From positions 1 through 64,000 of the forward strand of contig CAVSFC010000002.1 of NCBI GenBank assembly GCA_963727255.1: a stretch of DNA of 64,000 bases, given 5' to 3'. The notes under the pieces were generated by a model, which searched no databases, had not been told where the DNA came from, and saw only the letters and a program-made list of their open reading frames with translations. Shown here in pieces: positions 13,319-22,611 of this stretch; positions within the stretch are counted from its first letter, which is position 1, and each line of letters opens with the position of its first letter. The DNA comes from an uncultured bacterium. GTDB taxonomy: Bacteria > Babelota > Babeliae > Babelales > Vermiphilaceae. A program made the translations under genes and the position numbers.

Positions 13319-14659
13319 TTAACACGGTGCGTTGACAATAACTTCGACGGCAGAAGATGCATCGCCTTGTGAATCAACAGACACCAAATAATAGGTATAC
13401 GTAACATTGGCTACACGATTATGATCAACAAATTTTAATGCGCTCGTTGCCGGAACAGTTGCAACCAGATCAGTGAGCCCAGCATCACGATATATTTTAT
13501 ATGATACCGGTGCAGTTCCGCTGGTCGGCGCACTCCATGTGAGTATATTTACTAAATCTTGTTGCAAGAGAAATATATCGCTGCTTTGGCATCCGGATGC
13601 ATTGGCTGGAGGAGAAATGGGAGTGGCAATAAAGACAATTGATACCGAGCTATTGCCCTGATTAGGCACATATCCATATTCACCATTAGAAGTAATAACC
13701 ATGGTATCTGGCCCATCGAAGGTGGCAGGATTTAAATCGGTTACTTTACCCGTTACAGCATTAGTAGCGATATTAACAACACTCACAGAATTTCCGCCGT
13801 AATTTGTTACATAGAGCGTTGAACCATCCAAACTGATAGCCATTCCATAGGGATAAAAAAACGTTGCAGGATTTAAATCGGTTACGAGTCCGGTCTGCGT
13901 ATTAGTTGCCGTATCAACCACGCTTACGGTATTTCCATAAAAATTGGAAACATACAGCTTTGATCCATCAGCGGTGATTGCCATTGCATACGGATAATTG
14001 AATGTTCCGCTCGCAACCGAACCACTAACCGTATTATTAGTGATATCCAATATATAAACACCATTGTAATAGGTGCTCACGTAGGCATGCGTACCATCAG
14101 GCGTAATAATAATATTGGTTGAGTAAGGGTTAGGCAAAACAATATTTTGGGTGGTTGCATTGGTAGTAAGATCTACCACCGTTATATTTGCATTGTTTCC
14201 ATTAGCAACATAGCCCGTCGTTCCAGCGGCCGTCACTGCCATATACAATGGATCATCCAAAGCAGCTGCCGTTGTATTTATTACTCCGGTTACTGTGTGA
14301 GTTGCCGTATCTATAATACTGATGCTATTGTTGGAAGAGTTTATCACATAGGCAATTTCCCCATTAGGCACAAATGATATTCCGTAAGGATTATGAATAG
14401 TGCCTGTATCTGTTACTATTCCCGTTACGGTATTAGTTGCAAGATCAACAATGCTCACCGTGCTGCTTGCATAATTAGCAACATACATCGTCTGCCCGTT
14501 GGGGAAAATAGCTGCGTTGCTGGGCTCATTAAATGTAGCAGGATTTTCATCCGTCACTATCCCAATAACGGTATTGGGATTGGTTGCAAATGAATGCCCG
14601 CTCACGCAGAGTAGCACGAGCACTAAGTCATAGTAATTTTTCAGAATCTTTTGAAACAT
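13319..14659 (-). CDS. Secreted YVTN/YncE beta-propeller protein with C-terminal FN3-like domain
   Basis: Repeats such as AITADGSKLYVSNFYGNTVSVVDTATN; C-terminal LTWSAPTSG..YKIYRD..YTYYLVSVD. Confidence 0.85.
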   Translation of the reverse strand: MFQKILKNYYDLVLVLLCVSGHSFATNPNTVIGIVTDENPATFNEPSNAAIFPNGQTMYVANYASSTVSIVDLATNTVTGIVTDTGTIHNPYGISFVPNGEIAYVINSSNNSISIIDTATHTVTGVINTTAAALDDPLYMAVTAAGTTGYVANGNNANITVVDLTTNATTQNIVLPNPYSTNIIITPDGTHAYVSTYYNGVYILDITNNTVSGSVASGTFNYPYAMAITADGSKLYVSNFYGNTVSVVDTATNTQTGLVTDLNPATFFYPYGMAISLDGSTLYVTNYGGNSVSVVNIATNAVTGKVTDLNPATFDGPDTMVITSNGEYGYVPNQGNSSVSIVFIATPISPPANASGCQSSDIFLLQQDLVNILTWSAPTSGTAPVSYKIYRDAGLTDLVATVPATSALKFVDHNRVANVTYTYYLVSVDSQGDASSAVEVIVNAPC

Positions 14660-14729
14660 TCAGTGAAACTCCTTAATTATTAGGACTAAACCTAAAATAG
14701 TCTTCATTAAAATGTAAATATTTAAATTT

Positions 14730-16082
14730 TTAAGCGCTTGGGCATGCACTGTTTACCACAACCTCCACTGCAGTAGAAACATCCGCCTGCGCATCAACTG
14801 ATACGATATAATAGGTATACGTAACATTGGCTACACGATTATGATCTACAAATTTTAATACGCTCGTTGCAGGAACCGTTGCAACCAAGTTAGTTAATCC
14901 AGCATCACGATATATTTTATATGATACCGGTGCAGTTCCGCTGGTCGGCGCGCTCCAGGTAAGTATGTTTACTAAATCTTGTTGGAGTAAAAACGTGTCG
15001 CTGCTTTGGCAGCCTGATGCATTGGTAGGCGGTAAGATCGGCGTGGATATATATACAATTGATACCGTACCGCTATTTGCATTAAGAACATAGCCATATG
15101 CGCCATTAGGAGTCACTATCATATCAAGGGGACCATGAAATGTCGGTGGATTTAAATCGGTTATGATACCGGTCACCGTATTAGTTGCCGTATCAACAAT
15201 ACTCACTGATTCACCCGCATCATTAACCACATATAATGTTGAACCATCAGGGGTAATAGCGAGCGCAAAGGGATAGTTGAAGGTAGCCGGGTTCAAATCA
15301 GTCACCGTCCCTGTTTGCGCATTGGTAGCAACATCAACAATGCTCACCGAATTCAAACTAGAATTAGCAATATATAAGGTTGATCCATTAGGAGTTATTG
15401 CGGAGCCAAATGGGGCAGCAAAAGTTCCGGTCACCGCTCCAATAACGGTATTATTGGTGAGATCGATTGCATAGAGATTCCCGCTATACAGATTTGCATA
15501 TGCCTTAGTGCCATCGGGGGTAATCGCAATGCTGGTAACTTCACTATTAGTAATCGGCAATGTAATATTTTGAGTGGTTGCATTCGTAAGAAGATCGACG
15601 ACAGTTATATAGGTGCCCCCCGCAACATATCCGTAGTTCCCATTGGGAGTTATTTCCATATTAAAAGGGCTATCCAAAGCAGCTGCCGTCGTGCTTATGG
15701 TTCCGGTTACGGTGTTGGTAGCAGTATTTATAATACTAATACTATACGGACTGCCGGAATTCATTACATAAGCAGTTTGCCCATTAGGAGTAAAAACCAC
15801 GCCATAGTTGTCATGAAATGCACTAAGCGAATCATTAACCAAACCTGTTACGGTGTTTGTTGCAACATCAACAACAGATACCGTACCATTACCGAGATTA
15901 GAAACATATATTTTTTGCCCATCAGGCGAGATTGCTAGAAAATACGGGCTGTCTATAGTAGCAGGATTTTCATCCGTCACTATCCCAATAACGGTATTGG
16001 GATTGGTCGCAAATGCATGCCCGCTCACACTAAGAAGCGCGAACAATAAGGCATAGTAACTTTTCAACATCTTTTGAAACAT
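14730..16082 (-). CDS. Secreted YVTN/YncE beta-propeller protein with C-terminal FN3-like domain (paralogue)
   Basis: Same architecture and near-identical N- and C-termini to 13319..14659. Confidence 0.85.
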   Translation of the reverse strand: MFQKMLKSYYALLFALLSVSGHAFATNPNTVIGIVTDENPATIDSPYFLAISPDGQKIYVSNLGNGTVSVVDVATNTVTGLVNDSLSAFHDNYGVVFTPNGQTAYVMNSGSPYSISIINTATNTVTGTISTTAAALDSPFNMEITPNGNYGYVAGGTYITVVDLLTNATTQNITLPITNSEVTSIAITPDGTKAYANLYSGNLYAIDLTNNTVIGAVTGTFAAPFGSAITPNGSTLYIANSSLNSVSIVDVATNAQTGTVTDLNPATFNYPFALAITPDGSTLYVVNDAGESVSIVDTATNTVTGIITDLNPPTFHGPLDMIVTPNGAYGYVLNANSGTVSIVYISTPILPPTNASGCQSSDTFLLQQDLVNILTWSAPTSGTAPVSYKIYRDAGLTNLVATVPATSVLKFVDHNRVANVTYTYYIVSVDAQADVSTAVEVVVNSACPSA

Positions 16083-16144
16083 TATTGAAACTCCTTAATT
16101 CTTAGGACTAAAAGTAAAATACTCTTATGCAAAATGTAAACATT

Positions 16145-17650
16145 TTAATGTTGCATAGTTGGGCAATTATTACTTGCAACAACTTCTACCGCACTAGAAA
16201 CATTTCCCTGGGCATCAACAGAAACAACGTAATAGGTATAGGTAACATGTGCAACGCCATTATGTTGAACATATCTCAAAGATCCGTTTGCTGGAACAGT
16301 TGCAAGAAGATTTGTCAAAGCCGCATCAGTATATATCTTGTATGATGCCGGTGCAGTTCCCGTGCTCGGCGCATTCCACGTGAGTATCGTAACTAAATCT
16401 TCTTGCAAAAGAAATACATCTTTTGAATTACATCCAGTAACATTTGTCGGCGGCAAGACCGGACCAGCATAAAAAGATGCATACGCATTTGAATCATTAG
16501 AGTCTAACCAGGTTGCAACAAAACCAACCGAGTTGGCGCTCAAGCCCACTGGGCCACCAATTGTGGTAGATTCTGTCTCAAGAATAGAACACAAAGGGGT
16601 CATATTAAATTCATTGTTGCTTGAGAATGTCCAGAAAGGAGATCCCGCGCTCCCTTGACTCGCGCCAATAACCCAGGCTGACATAAACCCACCTTGATTA
16701 GCTGCGATCCATGGACCGGCATCCGGATTATTGTTTGTATCTAAAAATAATGAAAATGTTGCCCAATTCGAAGGAATAGTAGCAGCTGAAAACACCGTTA
16801 CGCCATTGCCAATATTAGCGCGCCCGACGTTAATAAAATATCCATTCAGCTGAGCTACAACCTGAGCACTCTCAAAAAAACCTACGGCAACAATGGGATA
16901 AACCGTGGTTGCCGAGAAAGGATTAATTGTTTCAAAGTAAGCTGAATCGGTTCCAAGAGTTTGTATAATCCACGTGAGCATACAACTACTGCCTGCAACC
17001 GCTGCGCCCACAAATCCTCTGCCAGTTTGCGAGTTTTGATTTTGACTATACACTGAGCCATCGTTAGTAACTTGAGTTGGCGCACTCCAGGCTGCCGTCC
17101 CGGTTGAAAAACTTATATACGCATTATTATCAGCACCTATCATGGTGGCAACAAAACCTGATGATCCCCCGGCCACATACACATCAGAATTGGCATTCAA
17201 AGCTAATGTATTAGGATTTATTGGCAGAGGGGCACCCCAACTTATGCCATTATTAGCAGAAAAACTTGAAAAGGCATTATTAGAGCTATCGATCCATGTC
17301 ACCACAAATCCGGTTGAATTGGCCGCCACAAAAACATCTGAAGAAGCAGCAACATTGCCTTCAGCAGGAGTGATTAAACCAGTTTGCCATGTAAGCCCAT
17401 CAGTTGAAAAGCTATAATGAGCATTGTTAGAAGAATCTGCCCACACGGCCATAAACCCGGCTGAATTTGCAGCAGAAAATATATTACTGGTTATCGTACT
17501 AGAATTGCTTAAATTAACTGGCGCACTCCAAGGAGTAATAGTAGGGCATGATGCACCTACCATTGATGGGAGAACTAGACCAAGTATAAAAATAGTGTTT
17601 TTTATGAAAATAGATTTTACGCTTTTACGGAATAGGATTATTTCAAGCAT
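16145..17650 (-). CDS. Secreted beta-rich (BNR/propeller-like) protein with the same C-terminal FN3-like domain
   Basis: Repeats GFMAVWADSSNNAHYSFSTDGLTW / GFVVTWIDSSNNAFSSFSANNGISW; C-terminal DVFLLQEDLVTILTWNAP..YTYYVVSVD. Confidence 0.75.
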   Translation of the reverse strand: MLEIILFRKSVKSIFIKNTIFILGLVLPSMVGASCPTITPWSAPVNLSNSSTITSNIFSAANSAGFMAVWADSSNNAHYSFSTDGLTWQTGLITPAEGNVAASSDVFVAANSTGFVVTWIDSSNNAFSSFSANNGISWGAPLPINPNTLALNANSDVYVAGGSSGFVATMIGADNNAYISFSTGTAAWSAPTQVTNDGSVYSQNQNSQTGRGFVGAAVAGSSCMLTWIIQTLGTDSAYFETINPFSATTVYPIVAVGFFESAQVVAQLNGYFINVGRANIGNGVTVFSAATIPSNWATFSLFLDTNNNPDAGPWIAANQGGFMSAWVIGASQGSAGSPFWTFSSNNEFNMTPLCSILETESTTIGGPVGLSANSVGFVATWLDSNDSNAYASFYAGPVLPPTNVTGCNSKDVFLLQEDLVTILTWNAPSTGTAPASYKIYTDAALTNLLATVPANGSLRYVQHNGVAHVTYTYYVVSVDAQGNVSSAVEVVASNNCPTMQH

Positions 17651-17817
17651 TCTTACAAACTCCTTGATTAATAATAATTGCTATTCCTGAAACTAAAATA
17701 TCTGTAATCAAATGTAAACAATTCCTTTCTCGTCAAATTTACAGAGTCAGAAGAAGTTAAAACAAGAAGTAGTATGGCTCCAAAGAATTAAGAAAAAAGC
17801 TAATCCAGTCGTAAGAA

Positions 17818-18652
17818 TTAATAGAAATATTCTATATTAACATACAGCTGTTTTTGTTCAGCAGTATTATTCGTATAATAGGATGGTGGCAACCTGATTT
17901 GCAGGAATATGGGAAGCCCCTATAACATTCTTTGCGATATTATAAACCGTTGGAGGTCCGATGATTAAGTTATCAACGGGACTTACCGAAATTTCAACGG
18001 CGGTGGGAGTAGCGGCCAAAAAACTATTGGTTGTTGCGGTTTCGAAGGTAATAGTATTCTGAGTACTATCGATAGCAATTATTCTTCCACATTCATTACT
18101 ATGAGTTCCATCATTCAAGGCAACGTTAAAACCGATCGCCACATTTTGAATTACCGATGCAGAAACAGAAGCTGTTGTTGCACCAACACTCACATCACTG
18201 ATGAGCGAACCGATTTCTAAATCTTCTACCCAATAAATACTTATTGCATCTCCCGTATGCTCATCGCTCGTTTGAAAATATAAATTTATTAATGAAATAT
18301 TAAACGGCCATGATTTGGCAATGGATGTGGTCACACCCGGGCCCGTTGCTGCATTAAGCACGATAGTTTCTGTCTTGAACCATCCTCCGGTCGGCACCGT
18401 TTCTTGTTGAATAGATGTTACCGATGGTGCTCGTTGATCTATGATAGAAATACTATTGGGATTAATAGTATGCGCAGTATTATTAGGGCAGGTTGTTGGC
18501 GCTACGGTATTCCATTCATACACATTTTGCCCCTCAGTAATACAATAAATACGATAGTTGTAAATGGTTGCAGCAGGATCGGCCATTGCTGGCAGCGGGC
18601 ATACATTAAAAATAAGGAGATAATAGAATCTCTTCATCCTTTTTCCTTTCAT
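17818..18652 (-). CDS. Secreted beta-rich hypothetical protein, last gene of the fibre array (probable 1-nt frameshift near the 3' end)
   Basis: The track ORF stops at 17867; removing one C at ~17881 continues as ATI-YYTNNTAEQKQLYVNIEYFY* to TAA at 17818; N-terminal YRIYC..W..PTTCPNNTAH motif. Confidence 0.6.
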
Positions 18653-18673
18653 TAATTTTTATACTACAAAATT

Positions 18674-20392
18674 TTAATTTGTAGAAACCTTATCTATGCG
18701 CACAGTAGTATATAATTCATAGTCCCCCAGACCTGTAGCAATTCCAAATCCATCTCCTGTTTTTGTAATCGTGCACATATGTTGCACTTCAAAAACACTC
18801 GTTTGGCTGAGCACTATTTTGCCCAGAATCAGCGAGCTCGTCTGCGATCCAGTATTAGCGTTTGAAAATGAGCTGGTGCCCCAAAGCGCTGTGCTATTGC
18901 TCGTTATATTTTGCAAACGGGCCTGATGCGCGCCAACTTGATATCCGGGTGCGGCAATCTGAATTGAATAGGTTCCTGGGCCCAGCGTGAATTGATTGTT
19001 AGAAAGCGTAATGCCGATCGCATCATTAATAGTAGTTAAATTTCTCGTTTGCCATGCACCGGCGGTAAATGTTCCACTATTAGTGCCCACGCTTTGCTGT
19101 TCATAGATTTCTGTGCTGGCAGCAGCGCCATTTGTTTGGGGCAGAGTTATTACTCCATTAACGCCAAATAAAGGATTAAGAACCCCTGCACTGGTAAATT
19201 CCGCTACTAAAAAAGCAGAATCAACATAGCCAACAACAATAACGTTTGCGCTGCTCGCTACTGCACCCGCTAATCCCACCGTCACAGCGCCCTTGGAAAG
19301 AGTAGCATAGCCGTTTATGTTAAACGTAGTATCAAGAATGCCAGCACTTGTATATCGCGCAAGAAGCAATTGATTATCAGCCGACCCGATAATAAGACAA
19401 TTACCATTGGCATCAAGAGCAAGCCCATATCCTGCTTGAGACTTCTGCCCGATGGTTGTTGTTGTAACAACCCCATTGGTGCCAAACGAACTATTAGGAG
19501 TACCATCGGTTTTAAAACTCAAAATACACAAGGCGGTATCAGAATTGCCCGCAATCAAAATAGTTCCATCAGATTGGATAGCAATTGCATATGCTTGGCA
19601 AATGGCTCCTATTTGAGTAGTGATTACGCCCGGTTGTGAACCAGTGCTATTAAAAGTGGTATCCAACGATCCATTAGTAGTAAAACGCGCAACTGCAAAC
19701 TCATCACCGGCGCCAAATGATGCCCAGCCGGTAACTACAATATTGCCGTCAGCCGGTTGCACCGCAAGTGCATTTACCTTACTGCGGTATCCAATCGGGA
19801 CTGTGGCAATACCCGGAATTGATCCGGCACTATTAAACGTGGCATCGAGCGCTCCGCTGGCAGTATACCGCGCAACAAAGAATTGAGGAATCATATTAAT
19901 CGTAACAGAACCGGCAATAAGAATATTTTCTTGCGCATCAAGAGTAACAGCATTGCCGCTCATTCCTATTCCCATTGCAGTGGTTACAATACCATTAGTT
20001 CCAAAGCTCGTATCTGGTGAGCCATCAGTATTATACCGCATGAGCAGAGCCTGAACAGTTCCGTTTAATAGAGTATTACCAACCACAATAATTTGCCCAT
20101 TCGATTGGAGAGCAACTGCAAGTACCGTAGTGCTTGAGCCTGCAAGCGCGGTAACAATTCCACTGCTATTAAAGGTGGTATCCAATATTCCTTGGGATGT
20201 GTAGCGCGCCAAAGCGGAATAATTTACACTGCCTATAAGGGTAGTTCCAGCCGCAACAATACTGCCATCAGTCTGGAGCGCACAAGCGCTCCAGTTACCT
20301 TGCGTAATTGTCGAAACAGCGTTTAGTGATGCAGAATACGGTAAAAAAATAACACAAAATATAATCAGTAATTTATTCATATTTAATTGCAT
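18674..20392 (-). CDS. Secreted delta-60-repeat propeller protein with C-terminal beta-sandwich (phage-tail/C1q-like) domain
   Basis: Repeats ALQxDGxIVxAG...LARYTxxGxLDTTFNxxG; C-terminal GTFTAGAWQTRNL..NNQFTLGPGTY..HQARLQNIT; paralogue of 34454. Confidence 0.8.
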   Translation of the reverse strand: MQLNMNKLLIIFCVIFLPYSASLNAVSTITQGNWSACALQTDGSIVAAGTTLIGSVNYSALARYTSQGILDTTFNSSGIVTALAGSSTTVLAVALQSNGQIIVVGNTLLNGTVQALLMRYNTDGSPDTSFGTNGIVTTAMGIGMSGNAVTLDAQENILIAGSVTINMIPQFFVARYTASGALDATFNSAGSIPGIATVPIGYRSKVNALAVQPADGNIVVTGWASFGAGDEFAVARFTTNGSLDTTFNSTGSQPGVITTQIGAICQAYAIAIQSDGTILIAGNSDTALCILSFKTDGTPNSSFGTNGVVTTTTIGQKSQAGYGLALDANGNCLIIGSADNQLLLARYTSAGILDTTFNINGYATLSKGAVTVGLAGAVASSANVIVVGYVDSAFLVAEFTSAGVLNPLFGVNGVITLPQTNGAAASTEIYEQQSVGTNSGTFTAGAWQTRNLTTINDAIGITLSNNQFTLGPGTYSIQIAAPGYQVGAHQARLQNITSNSTALWGTSSFSNANTGSQTSSLILGKIVLSQTSVFEVQHMCTITKTGDGFGIATGLGDYELYTTVRIDKVSTN

Positions 20393-20441
20393 ACTGTTTT
20401 CTCCGTATTCTGCACTTGCTCAAAAATCACTCACCAGGTAA

Positions 20442-22580
20442 TTATGTACCAATTGCCAGATAATTGAAAGGAACATTCACCGCACTCACCACCGTCGCGG
20501 TTGTTGCAGTTACAGAATTTGTTCCCAGCGCATTAATCACCCCATTAATCGAGGTTAAAAAGATCTGTGGGGGATTTGCAAATCCAGCATTTGTATAATC
20601 TATGGTTGTTGAACCGAGAACCCCTGAAGTTCCGGTCCCCCAATATATTTTTACCAAAGAGCCAAGTGAACTGCCGACCACATTAAGTGGTGCAGCGTCA
20701 TTATTAAATACTACATTGCCTGATGCAACAATTTCACCCGTTATTGCCGCGCCGCCACCTGCAATGGTTAATCCAACCGCCGAAGAAGAAGGAGTTGCTA
20801 TAGTTACGCTGCCACTTTGATTAATAGAAAGTGCTCCTACCCCATTCGTGCTTAAAGTTAATGAATTTCCCGTTGCAGATAATCCAACATTGGTATTACC
20901 GCTGAATTGCAATGAAGGATTTGCAGCACTGCCGGCAGGCAGAACTAATGATCCACTCATCGTGTCGCCAGCCCTGAGAATATTATTTGAAGAACTTCCA
21001 ACAACGTTGCCAACAAATCCAGAGGCCGTAATAGTTCCTGCGCTAAAATTGCCCAACGCATCGCGTGCAACAATTGCACTCGCGGTATTAGTAGATGTTG
21101 CGGTAGTTGCCGCATTTAAAACTAAACCCGGCGTTGAAAGAGTTGCCAACTTAGAATTGGCAATCGCCGCATTCGCACTAATATCAGTATTTTGTATTGA
21201 ACCCATTAAATTCAATTTGCTATACTCAATGCCCGCATCAGAAGCTATGTTGATATCCGTTAATCCATAAATATCCGGAGCAACTGAGGTATTAGGGAAG
21301 CTCACATATCCGCTTCCACTCGTGCCGAAACTGCTATCCAATGCGCCATTTGGAGTAATCCTTGCCAGCACCGCATTGTTATCTGAAGTACCTGCAACCA
21401 AAATATTTCCGCTGCTATCAATGGTCAGCGCTTGCGCTTCAGAATAGCCGCCGATTGAAAGCACTAAAACACCCGGAATAGAACCGCTGCTATTAAAACT
21501 CGTATCAAGTACTCCACTCGGCGTGTAGCGTGCAAGCGCGCATTGGGTTGTCGAATTGCTGGTGGTAAACCCAGCTACCACAATTGCACCATTCGGTTGT
21601 ATGGCCACCGCATTAATTTGATCATTAGACCCAATCACCGTCTCTATCGTTCCGGGGAATGTGCCTCCACTATTAAAAGTGGTATCCAATACTCCACTTG
21701 AAGTATACCGCGCCAATGCAAACGCATTATCCGCAGCTCCGCCTGCAACAATATTTCCACTCGAATCGAGAGCAATCCCATAGGCAATTGCATTCGCCCC
21801 CACTTGCGTTAAAACCGTACCTGGTATGGCACCAGATGCATTAAAGGTGGTATCGAGCGCCCCGGTAGTAGCATTATAGCGAGCAATGGCAAAATTGCTG
21901 GCACCCACAAGAACCGAATAACCACCTAAAAGAATTTGTCCATTGGGCTGCAGTGCAATTGCAAAAGCATCTGCACGCTCATTAATCGGTGTAGAAACGT
22001 AACCAACTGAATTAAAGGTGGTATCAAGAATTCCGGCAGGAGTATATCGCGCGAGCGCAAATTGAGGAGTTCCACTGATTACAGCAACCCCACCTACTAA
22101 AAAGTTGCCATTCCCATCAAGTGCAATAGCATTTGCGCTACACCCTCCCCCGATGAGCGTGGTGTTAGTGCCCGGCACCGATCCACCACTATTAAATGAG
22201 GTATCAAGCACTCCCGCTGAAGTAATTTGCGCAATCGCAAAACTGGTACCCACTGATGGCTCAGCATATCCGGCAAGCACCGCTTCATTATCACTTAATA
22301 ACACCATTCCATTCGCCTGGGAAGTCGGGGTTCCGAGCGTAACGGCGAAATATCCGGCGGTTCCATAGGCGCCATCAACACCGCCAGTCGCAGTAAAATG
22401 GGCAGTCATAAATTGGTTCACATTATTAAGAATAACATAACCGCCAACCAGTATTGTTCCATCAGTTTGTATAGCAACAGATTGAATCTGCGCGGCTGAA
22501 ACTCCTTGCGTTGCTTTGAGTGAGTGTATCATTAACAAAGAAAGAGCTAAAAAAGATAATTTCTGAAGAATATGATTCAC
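20442..22580 (-). CDS. Secreted delta-60-repeat protein with tail-fibre-like shaft and small C-terminal tip domain
   Basis: Delta-60-type repeats, then AGIEYSKLNL..AAIANSKLATL..ATTATSTNTASAIVARDALGNFSAGTITA..AGDTMSGSL; GTG start. Confidence 0.8.
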   Translation of the reverse strand: MNHILQKLSFLALSLLMIHSLKATQGVSAAQIQSVAIQTDGTILVGGYVILNNVNQFMTAHFTATGGVDGAYGTAGYFAVTLGTPTSQANGMVLLSDNEAVLAGYAEPSVGTSFAIAQITSAGVLDTSFNSGGSVPGTNTTLIGGGCSANAIALDGNGNFLVGGVAVISGTPQFALARYTPAGILDTTFNSVGYVSTPINERADAFAIALQPNGQILLGGYSVLVGASNFAIARYNATTGALDTTFNASGAIPGTVLTQVGANAIAYGIALDSSGNIVAGGAADNAFALARYTSSGVLDTTFNSGGTFPGTIETVIGSNDQINAVAIQPNGAIVVAGFTTSNSTTQCALARYTPSGVLDTSFNSSGSIPGVLVLSIGGYSEAQALTIDSSGNILVAGTSDNNAVLARITPNGALDSSFGTSGSGYVSFPNTSVAPDIYGLTDINIASDAGIEYSKLNLMGSIQNTDISANAAIANSKLATLSTPGLVLNAATTATSTNTASAIVARDALGNFSAGTITASGFVGNVVGSSSNNILRAGDTMSGSLVLPAGSAANPSLQFSGNTNVGLSATGNSLTLSTNGVGALSINQSGSVTIATPSSSAVGLTIAGGGAAITGEIVASGNVVFNNDAAPLNVVGSSLGSLVKIYWGTGTSGVLGSTTIDYTNAGFANPPQIFLTSINGVINALGTNSVTATTATVVSAVNVPFNYLAIGT

Positions 22581-22611
22581 GTGGCATCCTTTATTTTAGG
22601 TGAGGGAAATA

